From: Rubripirellula sp.
GTDB lineage: Bacteria > Planctomycetota > Planctomycetia > Pirellulales > Pirellulaceae
Reading direction: 5' to 3'
DNA: 64,000 bases
Assembly (NCBI GenBank): GCA_965216875.1
Contig: OZ244207.1
Location: 416,001 to 480,000, forward strand
A program made the translations under genes and the position numbers. Position 1 is the first letter of the stretch; the number at the start of each line of letters is the position of its first letter. Positions 1 to 10,691 of this stretch are shown piece by piece. The notes beneath the pieces are model-generated. The model saw only the letters and a list, made by a program, of their open reading frames with translations. It did no database searches and had not been told where the DNA came from.

Positions 1-126
1 TGCGTCTTTGAGATTAAGGGCGGTCGTAGGATTTAGCGATCACGGGTTGAAAGCAGAATTTTGCTTGAATCGTTTTTTTCGCCCTTGTCGATCGACTTTC
101 TCAAGCGGTAGTGTGAACGGCTGCAA

Positions 127-1515
127 ATGGGTGAGCTAGGGTATTTCAGACCCCAACTCCTGCCCCCACCCGAAATCATCGTGTCCGCAACCCTCACGAT
201 TTCCGACTTGATTGATCCCACGAATCTGCCGAGCACCTCTGACGGTCCTTGGTCGAAACGTCTCTCGGATCAATACGATATTGAGCTTTCTTCTGATTTG
301 GCCGATTGGTTCGACCGCGAGCTGTGGTTGAAGACTGGCCACGGTGAATTCCGCGACCCCGTCTCGCCACGCCAACTTCTCGACGATCCGGCGGAGGTCA
401 TTTGGCCCGGTCTGATGCCGTGCGATTTGTTGCCTGTGTTGGGGAACGAGGCCGGCGATTGGCTTTGCGTAAGGGTCGGTGCGGACAACCGAGCGAGCGA
501 GATCGTTCAGTGGTATCACGGTGGTGGTGACTGGCTGCCTTGGGGCAACTCCCTTGCCGACGCTCTCTTTTTTGATGCCCTGAGCGAAAGGTTGCCGAGT
601 CCGGCCAGGCGACATGCTGTGCCCGCGGAGGAGCCACGAAGATCCAACGCCGTCGAAAGTGACGAGCTACTGCGGTGGGCTAGCGAGCATGTCGATTCAG
701 AGGTTGCCGATTTGCTCAAGCCTTCGCACTCTGCCGAGCATGTCGCGGAAGTCATGCTTGGGCACCGAGTCGCCGAAGTTGCGGTGCGTTGCGAGCTGGT
801 TCAGTCCGCATTGAAGGAAACCTTATCGGCCACGCTCGACCCAACGACCGCACAACAGATCGGCGTTGATTGGAATGAAGTGGTGCAGTGGATGTTTGAC
901 ATGCAGCGGATGCCTGTCGAAACGCGCCAGCGGCTTCAACGAGATTACGGGCTAACGATTTCCGTCCCGCAAGATTGGCAGGCTGCGGAACAACACAGCC
1001 GCGCAGTCATTCAGCTTTCACCCGAATTGGCTTGGGCCTGGGATGTGATCGGGTACGCTGCCGAGCGAAACGAGGATTCGAAGCAAGCGATCGACGCCTA
1101 TTGTCGCGCCGCCGAGTGCTCGGTGTTTACGGATCAATCGGTTCGGCTGAGGACCTATTGGACGGCCGACCATGCCGCAAAGTTTTCGGCGTCTCGATTG
1201 CTGGCCGGCTATTCGGATGTCGTTTCGCGTTCGGAATACTTGGGGATGCTGTGCGACGAAGACGCCCTTTCGCGGCGTCAGCGAATCACGAAACACTGGC
1301 AAGCCAAGGCCGAGGCTGCCGAGCAACGCGAAGATTGGAGCGAGGCCCACCGATGTCGTGTCGCATCGGGATGGGATCTCGGCGCGGAACCGCTGGCTGC
1401 CTTCGCCGAGATTCTCGATCATGTTGCAGTCGCTGCGGAGCGATCCGGCCAAAAGGGACGTGCTCAGGTCGCCTTGACCCATCGTCGTTGCATGCGAGAA
1501 CGCTACGATATCTAG
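127..1515 (+). CDS. SMI1/KNR4 (SUKH)-like domain protein with helical/TPR-like C-terminus
   Basis: N-terminal LSSDLADWF...LLPVLGNEAGDWLCVR...IVQWYHGGG pattern resembles SUKH domains; PELAWAWDVIGYAAE...AIDAYCRA is TPR-like; start may be GTG 181. Confidence 0.55.
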   Translation: MGELGYFRPQLLPPPEIIVSATLTISDLIDPTNLPSTSDGPWSKRLSDQYDIELSSDLADWFDRELWLKTGHGEFRDPVSPRQLLDDPAEVIWPGLMPCDLLPVLGNEAGDWLCVRVGADNRASEIVQWYHGGGDWLPWGNSLADALFFDALSERLPSPARRHAVPAEEPRRSNAVESDELLRWASEHVDSEVADLLKPSHSAEHVAEVMLGHRVAEVAVRCELVQSALKETLSATLDPTTAQQIGVDWNEVVQWMFDMQRMPVETRQRLQRDYGLTISVPQDWQAAEQHSRAVIQLSPELAWAWDVIGYAAERNEDSKQAIDAYCRAAECSVFTDQSVRLRTYWTADHAAKFSASRLLAGYSDVVSRSEYLGMLCDEDALSRRQRITKHWQAKAEAAEQREDWSEAHRCRVASGWDLGAEPLAAFAEILDHVAVAAERSGQKGRAQVALTHRRCMRERYDI

Positions 1516-1602
1516 AGGTCACCTTCGTGGATTCGGTTTGTCGCCTGCGCGACGACCGCTGGGTTCACGATCCTTAGCACTTCTTCCAGCCCGATCCAAG
1601 CA

Positions 1603-2289
1603 ATGGCCGATTCGTCTGACGCCGAAACCTCAAACATCGTCTGGCACGACCACAGCGTTGCCCGCCAAGAAAGAGAGCGGAATCTATCCCAAAAAGGGGG
1701 CGTGATTTGGTTCACAGGACTGAGCGGATGTGGCAAAAGTACGATTGCCAACGAACTCGATCGGCTCTTAGTCGGATCGGGTCGAGCGACGATGCTGCTT
1801 GATGGCGACAACATCCGCCATGGCCTGTGTGCGCCGCCAGCGGCACTCTCGGACGAGCATGGCCAGGAGTTCGCGGATCGGTTTGGGCTTGGTTTTGGCG
1901 AGATCGACCGCGAGGAGAACATACGCCGGATCGGTCACGTTGCCTCGCTGATGGCTTCCTCGGGCTTGATCACGTTGACCGCATTCGTCAGTCCCTATCG
2001 CCGAGATCGCGACCGAGTCCGCAAGATCGTCGAATCGGCAGGTGCCGAGGGCGACTTCATCGAGGTCTTTGTCGATACACCGCTCGAGATTTGTGAGGCG
2101 AGGGACCCGAAGGGGCTCTACAAAAAGGCCCGGGCTGGGGAAATCAAGAACTTCACGGGGATCAGCGATCCCTACGAAGCACCCGATTCGCCGGAATGCC
2201 ACCTCCGTGGCGGGGATGACCGGACGCCGACCGAGCAGGCCCAAGAGGTGCTTTCGTTGTTGTCCGACCGCAGGATCATCAACGTTTGA
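1603..2289 (+). CDS. cysC: Adenylyl-sulfate kinase
   Basis: [13 protein letters not shown]-loop, [43 protein letters not shown]. Confidence 0.95.
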   Translation: MADSSDAETSNIVWHDHSVARQERERNLSQKGGVIWFTGLSGCGKSTIANELDRLLVGSGRATMLLDGDNIRHGLCAPPAALSDEHGQEFADRFGLGFGEIDREENIRRIGHVASLMASSGLITLTAFVSPYRRDRDRVRKIVESAGAEGDFIEVFVDTPLEICEARDPKGLYKKARAGEIKNFTGISDPYEAPDSPECHLRGGDDRTPTEQAQEVLSLLSDRRIINV

Positions 2290-2427
2290 GGCGGAACCGA
2301 CCCACAGCAGAAAAGGCTCGAACTTTCGTGGAAGGGCCCCTCAATTTGCCGTTGCGTTGGTTGGCCGCGGCGTTACACTTACGGGCCAACATAAGCGTGA
2401 TAGAACGAAAAGTAGAAACTAAAACGA

Positions 2428-2697
2428 ATGACGATCTCGAAAGAGCGAAAAACCGAGGTAATTGGCCAATTCCGACATGCGGACGCCGATACCGGCTCGC
2501 CTGAGGTGCAAATTGCCATCTTGACCGAGCGGATTAACGGGCTAACAGAACACATGCGAACTCATCGCAAAGATTACGCATCACGGCGTGGTCTGCTGGG
2601 TTTGGTCAGCCGTCGCCGACGTTTGCTTGACTATGTGCGAGGTGAGGACCCGCAGCGATATCTCGATATCATTGGAAAACTGGGCATTCGTAAGTAG
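2428..2697 (+). CDS. rpsO: 30S ribosomal protein S15
   Basis: [28 protein letters not shown]; 89 aa; upstream of pnp. Confidence 0.98.
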   Translation: MTISKERKTEVIGQFRHADADTGSPEVQIAILTERINGLTEHMRTHRKDYASRRGLLGLVSRRRRLLDYVRGEDPQRYLDIIGKLGIRK

Positions 2698-3102
2698 CCC
2701 AGCTTGACTGCCCAGGACGCGACGAAGGCAACCGCCGATCGCCCCGGTGGGCGGCGGCATCCTGTTCTCATCTGTCTCTTGGCGGTCTGGCGGAGCAATG
2801 CGTTTCCTGCATTTGCCCGGTGCTGATCCATGCTCCTGCGCGCTGCAACAGGCGCATTGGTTGGATCGACTTCCCACCAGCCGACTCATCTCGGCGGCGC
2901 CACCTCTCACCGACGGATCGTTCGATCATTTCTTCTGTTGATCACTTGCCGGCAATCCCCACGAATGCGTCATTGGCCGACGCACACGAGGCGATCAGTC
3001 TGCAAGAATATTTCTGTGTAGGCATTAAAGAGTAGGGTCACTCACCGCGGCATCAAATCGTATGCAAAGCATGTCACGGGAGCGGCTCAAGCTAGAAGGA
3101 CT

Positions 3103-5400
3103 TTGAAAGTGACTGAAAAAAAAATCCGAGTCGAAAAACAAATCGGTCGTCAAACGCTTTCGTTTGAGACTGGCCAACTCGCCAAACAAGCTGCCGGAGC
3201 CGTTTCGGTGCAGTATGGCGAGACCGTTGTTTTGGTTGCTGCGGCATCGAGCGATCCGCGACCAGGGCTCGACTTCTTTCCGCTGATGTGTGATTACCGC
3301 GAGCGTTTGGCTGCAGCCGGAAAGTTCCCAGGCGGTTTCCTGAAGCGAGAAGGCCGACCGAGCACCAAGGAAACATTGAGCGCTCGCTTGATGGACCGCC
3401 CCATCCGTCCGCTTTGGCCCCAGGGCTATAAGGACGAAGTGCAAGTTCAAGCTTTCGTGATGGCAAGTGACTTGCAAAACGATGGCGACGTGTTGGCCAT
3501 GAATGGTGCGGCCGCCGCGCTTCACATCAGCGAACTTCCTTTCCAAGGCCCGCTCGGTAGCGTTCGTGTCGGTAAGGTTGACGGTGAACTGATCGCTTTC
3601 CCAACTCACGCCGAGTTGGAAGAGAGCGAACTGGACATGATCGTTAGCGGCTCGAAAGAAGAAGTCGCCATGATCGAAGGCTTCGCGCACGAGATGCCCG
3701 AAGACGACATGTTGGAAGCCATCCGGTTTGCTCACGGTGTCATCCGCGACGTGATCGACCTCCAGGAAGAGCTTTACCAAAAGGTCAATCCACAGAAGAA
3801 AGAATTCATCCCACCAGAGGATGATGGCCTGCTCGGACGTTTGACTGAAACCTATTACGACGACTTCAAGACCGCCCAGCAAACTCCTGGCAAGCACGAT
3901 CGTGCTGACGCAGTGAAGGCACTTCGTGACCGTGCAATGGGCGAAGTCATTCCGGATCCCAACGCCGATGACGCCGTCTGCGAAAAGCGCTTCAAGACCG
4001 TTTGGCACGACCTCGAAGAAAAGGTCGTTCGCGATCTGATCACCGCAGGCACGCGACCCGACGGCCGCGACAACGAAAGCCTGCGTCCGATCTACTGCGA
4101 AACGGACTTGCTTCCGCAGGTACATGGTTCGGCCATGTTCCAGCGTGGCGAAACTCAGGCCTTTGTCACCATCGCACTCGGTACCGCTCGCGATGAACAG
4201 CGTGTCGACGGTTTGATGGATGAGTACAGCAAGAAGTTCATGCTGGACTACAACTTCCCATCCTTCTCGGTTGGCGAATGTCGTCCGATTCGCGGCCCAG
4301 GTCGTCGTGAGATTGGTCACGGTTGCTTGGCCGAACGCAGTGTCGCTCCGGTCCTGCCCCAAGCCGATGACTTCCCCTATACGATTCGTGTGATCAGCGA
4401 CATCCTTGAGTCGAACGGAAGTAGCTCGATGGCGTCGGTTTGTGGTGCCACGCTTGGTCTGATGGCTTCGGGTGTTCCAATCAGCAATCCGGTTGCCGGT
4501 ATCTCGGTCGGTTTGGTTCGCAACTCACCAGACGATTGGGTTCTGTTGACGGACATTCTTGGAACAGAAGATCACTTCGGCGACATGGACTTCAAGATTG
4601 CTGGTACGCAAAACGGTATCACCGGTATCCAGCTCGACTTGAAAGTAACCGGTATTAGCGAAGACATCATTCGTGCGACGCTCAAGCAATCGCGCGAAGC
4701 ACGCATCGAAATCCTTCGCAAAATGTTGACCACCATCTCGCGTCCACGTCGCGAAATCTCAGCGACTGCACCGCGTTTGCTTCGCACCAAGATTTCGCCG
4801 GACAAAATTGGCGCACTCATCGGTCCTGGCGGCAAGAACATTCGTGGCATCCAAGAAACCACGGGTGCCGTGATCGAAGTCGATGATGACGGAACCGTGT
4901 TGGTCGCAAGTAACAACAAGGAATCGGCCGAAGAAGCGATGAAGGCTGTCGAAGCTTGCACCGCAACCGTTCAGATCGGCAAGATCTACGACGGCGTGGT
5001 CAGCAGCATCAAGGAGTTTGGTGCGTTTGTCGAAATCTTGCCTGGTCGCGATGGCCTTTGCCACATTTCGGAACTGAGCAACGGTTACATCAGCAGCATC
5101 GACAAAGTCGTGAACGTTGGCGATGCAATGAAAGTTCTGGTGATCGACGTCGACGAGCATGACCGTGTGAAGCTGAGCCGACGTCGTGCGTTGGAAGAGC
5201 TTGGTGAAGAAGACGAGATCGCTGCTGCAGCCGAGTCGGACGATCGTGGCGAACGATCCGAACGTGGTGATCGTGATCGTGACCGCGGTGACCGAGACGA
5301 TGATCGTCCTCGCCGTCGTCGTGGTGGGGGCGGTCGTGGCCGCAACCGCGAAGGCAGTGGTAACAGTGGTGGTGGCGGCGGTGGTCGCTACCGCGACTAA
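3103..5400 (+). CDS. pnp: Polyribonucleotide nucleotidyltransferase (PNPase)
   Basis: [39 protein letters not shown] (IGPGGKNIR) and S1 domains; start TTG 3103 or GTG 3109. Confidence 0.98.
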   Translation: MKVTEKKIRVEKQIGRQTLSFETGQLAKQAAGAVSVQYGETVVLVAAASSDPRPGLDFFPLMCDYRERLAAAGKFPGGFLKREGRPSTKETLSARLMDRPIRPLWPQGYKDEVQVQAFVMASDLQNDGDVLAMNGAAAALHISELPFQGPLGSVRVGKVDGELIAFPTHAELEESELDMIVSGSKEEVAMIEGFAHEMPEDDMLEAIRFAHGVIRDVIDLQEELYQKVNPQKKEFIPPEDDGLLGRLTETYYDDFKTAQQTPGKHDRADAVKALRDRAMGEVIPDPNADDAVCEKRFKTVWHDLEEKVVRDLITAGTRPDGRDNESLRPIYCETDLLPQVHGSAMFQRGETQAFVTIALGTARDEQRVDGLMDEYSKKFMLDYNFPSFSVGECRPIRGPGRREIGHGCLAERSVAPVLPQADDFPYTIRVISDILESNGSSSMASVCGATLGLMASGVPISNPVAGISVGLVRNSPDDWVLLTDILGTEDHFGDMDFKIAGTQNGITGIQLDLKVTGISEDIIRATLKQSREARIEILRKMLTTISRPRREISATAPRLLRTKISPDKIGALIGPGGKNIRGIQETTGAVIEVDDDGTVLVASNNKESAEEAMKAVEACTATVQIGKIYDGVVSSIKEFGAFVEILPGRDGLCHISELSNGYISSIDKVVNVGDAMKVLVIDVDEHDRVKLSRRRALEELGEEDEIAAAAESDDRGERSERGDRDRDRGDRDDDRPRRRRGGGGRGRNREGSGNSGGGGGGRYRD

Positions 5401-5422
5401 GCCTCGCCGTTTGATTCAAAGC

Positions 5423-5458
5423 AACGTCGCCACGCCCAACGCGTGGCGACGTTTTTTT
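5423..5458 (+). terminator. Rho-independent terminator of rpsO-pnp
   Basis: AACGTCGCCACGC-CCAAC-GCGTGGCGACGTT perfect 13-bp stem running into a T tract, 22 nt after the pnp stop. Confidence 0.85.
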
Positions 5459-5500
5459 GTGCGCAGCCCGTCCCCGCGTTCTGGCGTACACTCGAGCAAT

Positions 5501-5608
5501 CACCCTCCCGCTTGCGGGAGGGTCGGACGCTAAAGTCCGGGGAGGGAATGATCGTGACAAAACAGACCCTCTCCGGGCCTTAGAGCCCGACTCTCCCAAG
5601 GGAGAGTG
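5501..5608. repeat. REP-like family A doublet (CACCCTCCCGCTTGCGGGAGGG ... CTCTCCCAAGGGAGAGTG)
   Basis: Palindromic units; near-identical copy at 5730-5845 and inverted copy at 15271-15375. Confidence 0.85.
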
Positions 5609-5652
5609 TTTTTAATCGCGCAGTTTCGAAGCCTAGTAGAAACGCAATGAAT

Positions 5653-5702
5653 CCTCGTTACCACGCTCTGCGTGGTAACGCACTTCCGGACGCTCTGCGT
5701 CC
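5653..5702. repeat. REP-like family B (CCTCGTTACCACGCTCTGCGTGGTAACG...GGACGCTCTGCGTCC)
   Basis: Double hairpin; other copies at 29211, 30899, ~31119 and inverted at 48344-48394. Confidence 0.8.
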
Positions 5703-5729
5703 CTACGCTTAGGCTTGCGTTCCAGCAAC

Positions 5730-5845
5730 CACCCTCCCGCTTGCGGGAGGGTCGGACGCTAAAGTCCGGGGAGGGATTGATCGCTACAAAGTAGACCCTC
5801 TCCGGGCCTTAGAGCTCGACTCTCCCAAGGGCCCAAGGGAGAGTG
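5730..5845. repeat. REP-like family A doublet, second copy
   Basis: Direct repeat of 5501-5608 with a duplicated CCCAAGGG. Confidence 0.85.
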
Positions 5846-5905
5846 TTTTTAAGCGAGCAGTTTCGAATCCTAGCGGAGGCTCTCGCTGCCATCCGACTTG
5901 CCCCG

Positions 5906-6868
5906 CTAACTCACTCCAAACACTTCGGCGCGGGCCAACATCATCTCGGCCCACCGGGCGTGCGTTTTTACTTCGCACATTGCATCGCCGCTGCGAAACA
6001 CAGCTGGGGCATCTTGTTGCGACAGCTGCAGTGCCATTTCGTATTCGTCGGCCGAAACGCGATAGCTGCGCTCGATGACTGCGATTTGTTCGGGGTGGAT
6101 CGATGACTTGCCAAAGAGTCCTTGCGCCAAGTCTTGCCGGCACTCTGCTGCGAGTAGTTCGGGGCGATCGAAGTAGTCAAACACCGGGCCGGTCAGGTTG
6201 AAACCGAAGGGGCGAAAGGCGGTAACAAGCTGCGGGATCACTGCCGATAGGGGCGTGTCGTAAATCGTGCAGTCCGAAGGTCGTCGCAAGCCAAGGCATT
6301 GGAGTAAATCATTGCCACCGATTCGAAGTGAGAGAACTTGGTCTGCCAAGTCGTGCTGCGCAATGAGATGACGGAGCCCACGCATTTCGTCGGGGTCGAA
6401 GACTTCGGGTGTTTCCAAAGTCAGCATGTTTGCAAAAGGGCTCGCGTCTGGGAGACGTTCGAAATAATCGAGGCAGTTCCATTGTGTCACTTTCGGGAAC
6501 ACGAATCCGTCGATCGCTTGGACGTTGGTCATTCCCAGCACCTGCGAAAGGACCTCGGGATTGCGAACGCGAATGAACCGAAGCAGCGGTGTTGGCTCCA
6601 GGTGTAGTAGCATCGCTTGCAGGTTGCACAGTGAATCGGCGACGTCACCGTCGGCAATCGAGTCTTCAGTGCAAAAGATCACCGAGCGGAGTTTTGGGTA
6701 CTTTTCCATCATCGCGATCTCGACCAGATCGCGGCGTTGCGACGGAACGTAAAGTGAAGCACCGAGACGCAGATAGCGAAGATGCGGATGCGTTATCGGC
6801 GAAGGACATCCTTGATCAAAGCGACGGCTCGAATCGGCAAATTGGGATCGATATTGATCGGAACGCAT
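5906..6868 (-). CDS. HpcH/HpaI aldolase / citrate lyase beta-like protein (Ter-associated)
   Basis: LGASLYVP, IFCTEDSI, FIRVRN, GFVFPK, LRIGGNDL, GKSSIHPEQI; start uncertain (ATG 6868 or ATA 6796). Confidence 0.8.
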   Translation of the reverse strand: MRSDQYRSQFADSSRRFDQGCPSPITHPHLRYLRLGASLYVPSQRRDLVEIAMMEKYPKLRSVIFCTEDSIADGDVADSLCNLQAMLLHLEPTPLLRFIRVRNPEVLSQVLGMTNVQAIDGFVFPKVTQWNCLDYFERLPDASPFANMLTLETPEVFDPDEMRGLRHLIAQHDLADQVLSLRIGGNDLLQCLGLRRPSDCTIYDTPLSAVIPQLVTAFRPFGFNLTGPVFDYFDRPELLAAECRQDLAQGLFGKSSIHPEQIAVIERSYRVSADEYEMALQLSQQDAPAVFRSGDAMCEVKTHARWAEMMLARAEVFGVS

Positions 6869-7917
6869 TTCTGCTCGGCTAGATGAAGAAGATGTTGGAC
6901 TTCCTGGTCACGTTCATTTCGTACGATAAGCATATCGGGAACGCGTCTCAGCAGGACACGCGTTGCTTCGCAGATTCCCGGTTTGACGTGATTGAAGTTG
7001 GAGATGCTGTAGTCTGCCATCACCGACTTCAACCAGCTTTGTGAGATCGTGGCTGTTCTTGTTGACGGCAGGTGCAAAGCTGGCGCGCTGAAGGATGCCA
7101 ACTTTGGTTTCATCGCATTCCAAACGCGATCGGCAAACGAGGTCGAAATGTCGAACGCGGCGAGTTCGTTTAGAAAGAGGCAGCCGTGAAAGGAACGATT
7201 CGCGATCACTTCATCATTCAGGATGGATCGGCTCACTAGGCCTGCGACCGTTGCCCCGAGGATCGCGGAGGGGATCAGGTAGTCTTCATCGGTCGCGGCG
7301 GTTGCGATCCCGCAAAGGTCGGCGACGGCAAACAGTTCGTCACTGAGGCCCGTGTCGTTTTCAGCGTTGTAGGAAGCGATGGCAGACTGAAGTTCGCGTC
7401 CGATCACTCCCTTTCCTGTCCAGCCGTCAAGGAATCGCACATCGGTCGCATCGTGTCGCGACAAGATCCAATTCAGCGCGTGAGCGTCGATGCCGCGATC
7501 GCGAATGATCGAAATGGAATAGTGAGTGCAGTCGAAGCCGAGGCTTCTCAGTGCGCGACCGACGAGAACTCCGATCGGCGTTCCGGCGCGAGCAAGCGAA
7601 GCGAGCGGGATGTCGTTCGCTTGGCTCGATTGCGCGATCAAATTGGCGAGGATGCAAAGGTCACTTGCGAAGCGGTCGAGATTGCGGTCAACGGCCGAAT
7701 TGAACAACGCCATGTACTCGGGCGTCGGCTCGGCCTCGCGGCTGATCATTTCGCTGTAGTGTTTCTTTCCGGACTGGATCAGCCGTTCCTTCTCGGCGAT
7801 CGGAGTCGGCTCGACCTCGATCGGCTCCAAGAGGAACGTTACATCTTCGGCGTCGTACGACCCCGAGAAGTCTTGCGACCCTGGACAGTGATCGCTCGGT
7901 GTGATTGACTCGCTCAC
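6793..7917 (-). CDS. StiP-like cysteine protease domain / PELOTA RNA-binding domain protein (Ter-associated)
   Basis: FSGSY..EDVTFLL, KERLIQSGKKHYSEM, SLARAGTPIG, HYSISIIRDRGID, FLDGWTGKG, C-terminal VKPGICEATRVLLRRVP; GTGA overlap with upstream gene. Confidence 0.85.
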   Translation of the reverse strand: MSESITPSDHCPGSQDFSGSYDAEDVTFLLEPIEVEPTPIAEKERLIQSGKKHYSEMISREAEPTPEYMALFNSAVDRNLDRFASDLCILANLIAQSSQANDIPLASLARAGTPIGVLVGRALRSLGFDCTHYSISIIRDRGIDAHALNWILSRHDATDVRFLDGWTGKGVIGRELQSAIASYNAENDTGLSDELFAVADLCGIATAATDEDYLIPSAILGATVAGLVSRSILNDEVIANRSFHGCLFLNELAAFDISTSFADRVWNAMKPKLASFSAPALHLPSTRTATISQSWLKSVMADYSISNFNHVKPGICEATRVLLRRVPDMLIVRNERDQEVQHLLHLAEQKCVPINIDPNLPIRAVALIKDVLRR

Positions 7918-8690
7918 GCTTCGCCCTCGGCCAGGAATCGTTGAGCGATACAGCTCCAGAGTTCACTGTTTTGGGGCAGGATGGCAAAGTCGCAAAGGTC
8001 AAGGAAGCCGGCGTCGAGTTCCGAGTCGCCAACGCCGATCGTGCAAGTCGATGTGGTCAGTTCGGTCTGCAGCAGATGTTCGGCGGCGTGTCTTTTGTCG
8101 ACGCATTGAGGGATGAAGTAGAGGTTGGCATCTTGTTGGACAACGCGTCCGATCTTCGCCCATTGCGATGATTGAAGTTCCAACGCAAGTTCGCTGATTA
8201 GCGATGTGTCACCCGTGCGGTCTTTCGCATTCACGAAAAAATGGGCGTTGTTGCACGTGCCGAAACGGACAATGGGGTTCTCGCGGCACGCGAGTTTTTG
8301 TTCAGCGATTCCAAGAGCGTCGCGGAGCGGTTCCTGGATCGGTGCAAGGCGTGCGTTCATGATCGATTGCCACTGCGCATCGATTTGACCCTGTTTCAGT
8401 ATCACCGCTCCGCAGTGAACGATCCCGAACTCAGTCGTTGGCAAATGCGCCCGGTGGAACTGTTCGAGTGACCGACACGTCGCGGGAATGATCTCGCACG
8501 ATTCGAAGAGCCATTTCGAGAAGCTCTGTTGATGAGGGAGCTGAAAAGCGTTGGGAGTACCGTCGGGGCCGCAAGCGCCGGTGGCGAGTCGGTCGATTTG
8601 TTCGTTGTCGAGTCCTGCAAACTCTTTCAGTTTGCGTCGAGACTGAAAGAGCGTGTCGTCGAGGTCAAGAAAGACGGTCGGCTGGTGCAT
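7914..8690 (-). CDS. HAD-superfamily hydrolase (Ter-associated)
   Basis: Motif I FLDLDDTLF, motif II IPATCRS, motif III DK, motif IV GVGDSELD. Confidence 0.85.
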   Translation of the reverse strand: MHQPTVFLDLDDTLFQSRRKLKEFAGLDNEQIDRLATGACGPDGTPNAFQLPHQQSFSKWLFESCEIIPATCRSLEQFHRAHLPTTEFGIVHCGAVILKQGQIDAQWQSIMNARLAPIQEPLRDALGIAEQKLACRENPIVRFGTCNNAHFFVNAKDRTGDTSLISELALELQSSQWAKIGRVVQQDANLYFIPQCVDKRHAAEHLLQTELTTSTCTIGVGDSELDAGFLDLCDFAILPQNSELWSCIAQRFLAEGEA

Positions 8691-8833
8691 GTTGGCTTGC
8701 GAGTGGTAAGCATATTAAATCAGCCCTGCGCGATTGACGCGGCCAATTCCAACAGCGAAAATCCTGCTGCCGTGAACGATGTGTTCACACCATGGTATCG
8801 CCATTTCGTCCTAATTGTTCATGGTGTCTGTCG

Positions 8834-10111
8834 ATGGGGATCATTATCCCGTTGGTGATCATTTTCTTTACTTGTTTGATCATTTGGCGCGCTTGTGATG
8901 GATTCGAGGTCGCGTCCGAATACATCGGCCGAAACATGTCTGAAGGTGTGCGGGGTGGAACGATCAATGCGATCTCAAGTTCGATCCCCGAGCTTTTCAC
9001 GACCCTGATTGCGCTCTTCGTGCTCGGGAACTTGGACGGATTTTCGATCGGCCTGGGGACAACCGCCGGAAGTGCGCTGTTCAACGGAATGATCATTCCG
9101 GCAGCCTGTATTTTGACTGTCATCGGCACGGTCGTGATGGGCGTCCATGTGACAAGTGTCAACGTGTCGAGCAAAGTGATCTTGCGCGATGGTCTGACGC
9201 TCATTGCCTGCGAGTTCATTTTGATTCTTTTGATCAATGGGACGACGCTGTATTGGTGGCAAGGCGCGCTGCTGATGGTCATGTACATCACCTACTTTGC
9301 GTACATGTTGTTGTCGATGAAATCCAAGGCTGCCGACAACGACGGTGCCGAGGATGATGATGACGAAGAAGACGACGACGAAGCAAAAGGCGGTTTTTTC
9401 TATTGGATTTCGGGTGGACCCATTCTGGATCTTGAACGCTGGTTCGTGCGTGACAAGCATCACGATCAGATCAAGAACGAGACCTGGAACGCATGGCCGC
9501 TGCTGTTGTCCGCAACGTCGCTCATCGGTGTCGCCTGCTGGATGTTGGTCAAAGCCTGTGAATGGCTTGGAACCGGGCCAGGCAATGAAGCCGAGCCACA
9601 CTACATCCTCTTTGGCCAGACGTTTGAAGGGTTCGGAATGCCGGCCATGTTCGTCGCGGTGATTTTCGCTTCGATGGCCACGAGCGTCCCCGATACAGTG
9701 ATCTCGATTCGCGACGCACGCGATGGCGACTACGACGACGCGGTCGCCAATGCACTGGGAAGCAACATCTTTGATATCTGTTTCGCCCTTGGTTTTCCGC
9801 TGTTTCTATACACGGTGATCCACGGCCCGATGCAGGTTGATGAAAGTGTCGCCCAGCAGAGTTCCGAGCTGCGTTTGCTGCTGTTGATTCTGACGGTATG
9901 CGGGTTCTTTGTGTACTACTTTGGCAAGCGTGGCGTTGACAAAGATGGGACTCAATACATTGAAATGAAACGCGGCAAGGCGATCATCTTGTTGCTGATT
10001 TACGTTCTTTTTGTCGTCTTCATCGTTGGCCGAAGTGCCGCCTGGCCGTGGGCCGAATCGATCTCGGCAAGCTTGCAGAAGCTGCTCGAACACCTCCCTT
10101 TGGCTGGTTGA
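8834..10111 (+). CDS. Sodium:calcium antiporter (CaCA family)
   Basis: Alpha repeats AISSSIPEL...GSALFN and ATSVPD...ANALGSNIFDI; many TM segments; acidic central loop; ATG 8834 preferred. Confidence 0.9.
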   Translation: MGIIIPLVIIFFTCLIIWRACDGFEVASEYIGRNMSEGVRGGTINAISSSIPELFTTLIALFVLGNLDGFSIGLGTTAGSALFNGMIIPAACILTVIGTVVMGVHVTSVNVSSKVILRDGLTLIACEFILILLINGTTLYWWQGALLMVMYITYFAYMLLSMKSKAADNDGAEDDDDEEDDDEAKGGFFYWISGGPILDLERWFVRDKHHDQIKNETWNAWPLLLSATSLIGVACWMLVKACEWLGTGPGNEAEPHYILFGQTFEGFGMPAMFVAVIFASMATSVPDTVISIRDARDGDYDDAVANALGSNIFDICFALGFPLFLYTVIHGPMQVDESVAQQSSELRLLLLILTVCGFFVYYFGKRGVDKDGTQYIEMKRGKAIILLLIYVLFVVFIVGRSAAWPWAESISASLQKLLEHLPLAG

Positions 10112-10177
10112 ATCTCGCTAGCCAGTAAGGTAGCCTTGACCCCCCGTAATAACCCGATTTTAGATGAGGACTCATTG

Positions 10178-10621
10178 ATGGGCATTTTTGATGCACTACT
10201 CGGAGGCATGGAGAGCAGCGGCAAGCTCGGCCCCCAAGAATCGTTTGCCGGTATCCTTCTCGGTGCCAGCGCTTGTGACGGGCACATTGCCGATGATGAG
10301 GTCCAGAGTCTCGTGACCGCGTTGTTGCGAATGAAACTTTACCAACGCTTTGATGGCAACCAGTTCAACAAGATGTTGAACAAGTTGCACGGGATGTTGA
10401 AGAAGAAGGGTGTCGACGCTTTGATCGACGCATGCGTTGCTGGACTACCGCCGGAGTTGAACAAAACTGCGTTCACCAACGCTTGTGATATCGTCCTGTC
10501 AGACGGCATTGTCGAACCTGACGAGAAAGAGTTTATCGATAAGCTCCAAGCGAAGTTGCATATCGAACAAAACGCAGCGAAGACCATCGCGCAGGTGATG
10601 GTGGTAAAAAACAAAGGCTAA
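10178..10621 (+). CDS. TerB-family protein
   Basis: ASACDGHIADDE...DIVLSDGIVEPDEKEFI bipartite acidic motif; GAGGA RBS before ATG 10178. Confidence 0.85.
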   Translation: MGIFDALLGGMESSGKLGPQESFAGILLGASACDGHIADDEVQSLVTALLRMKLYQRFDGNQFNKMLNKLHGMLKKKGVDALIDACVAGLPPELNKTAFTNACDIVLSDGIVEPDEKEFIDKLQAKLHIEQNAAKTIAQVMVVKNKG

Positions 10622-10691
10622 ACGCATTACGCGTCAAGCTTGATTTCATGCCTTCAAGGTCCAGTTGTCTATTCTTGCCCCGGTGGTGTTA

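Noticed and set aside
3025..4362. 445-aa antisense ORF inside pnp, and similar shadow ORFs elsewhere
   Set aside because: Expected from codon bias on the coding strand; no independent motifs
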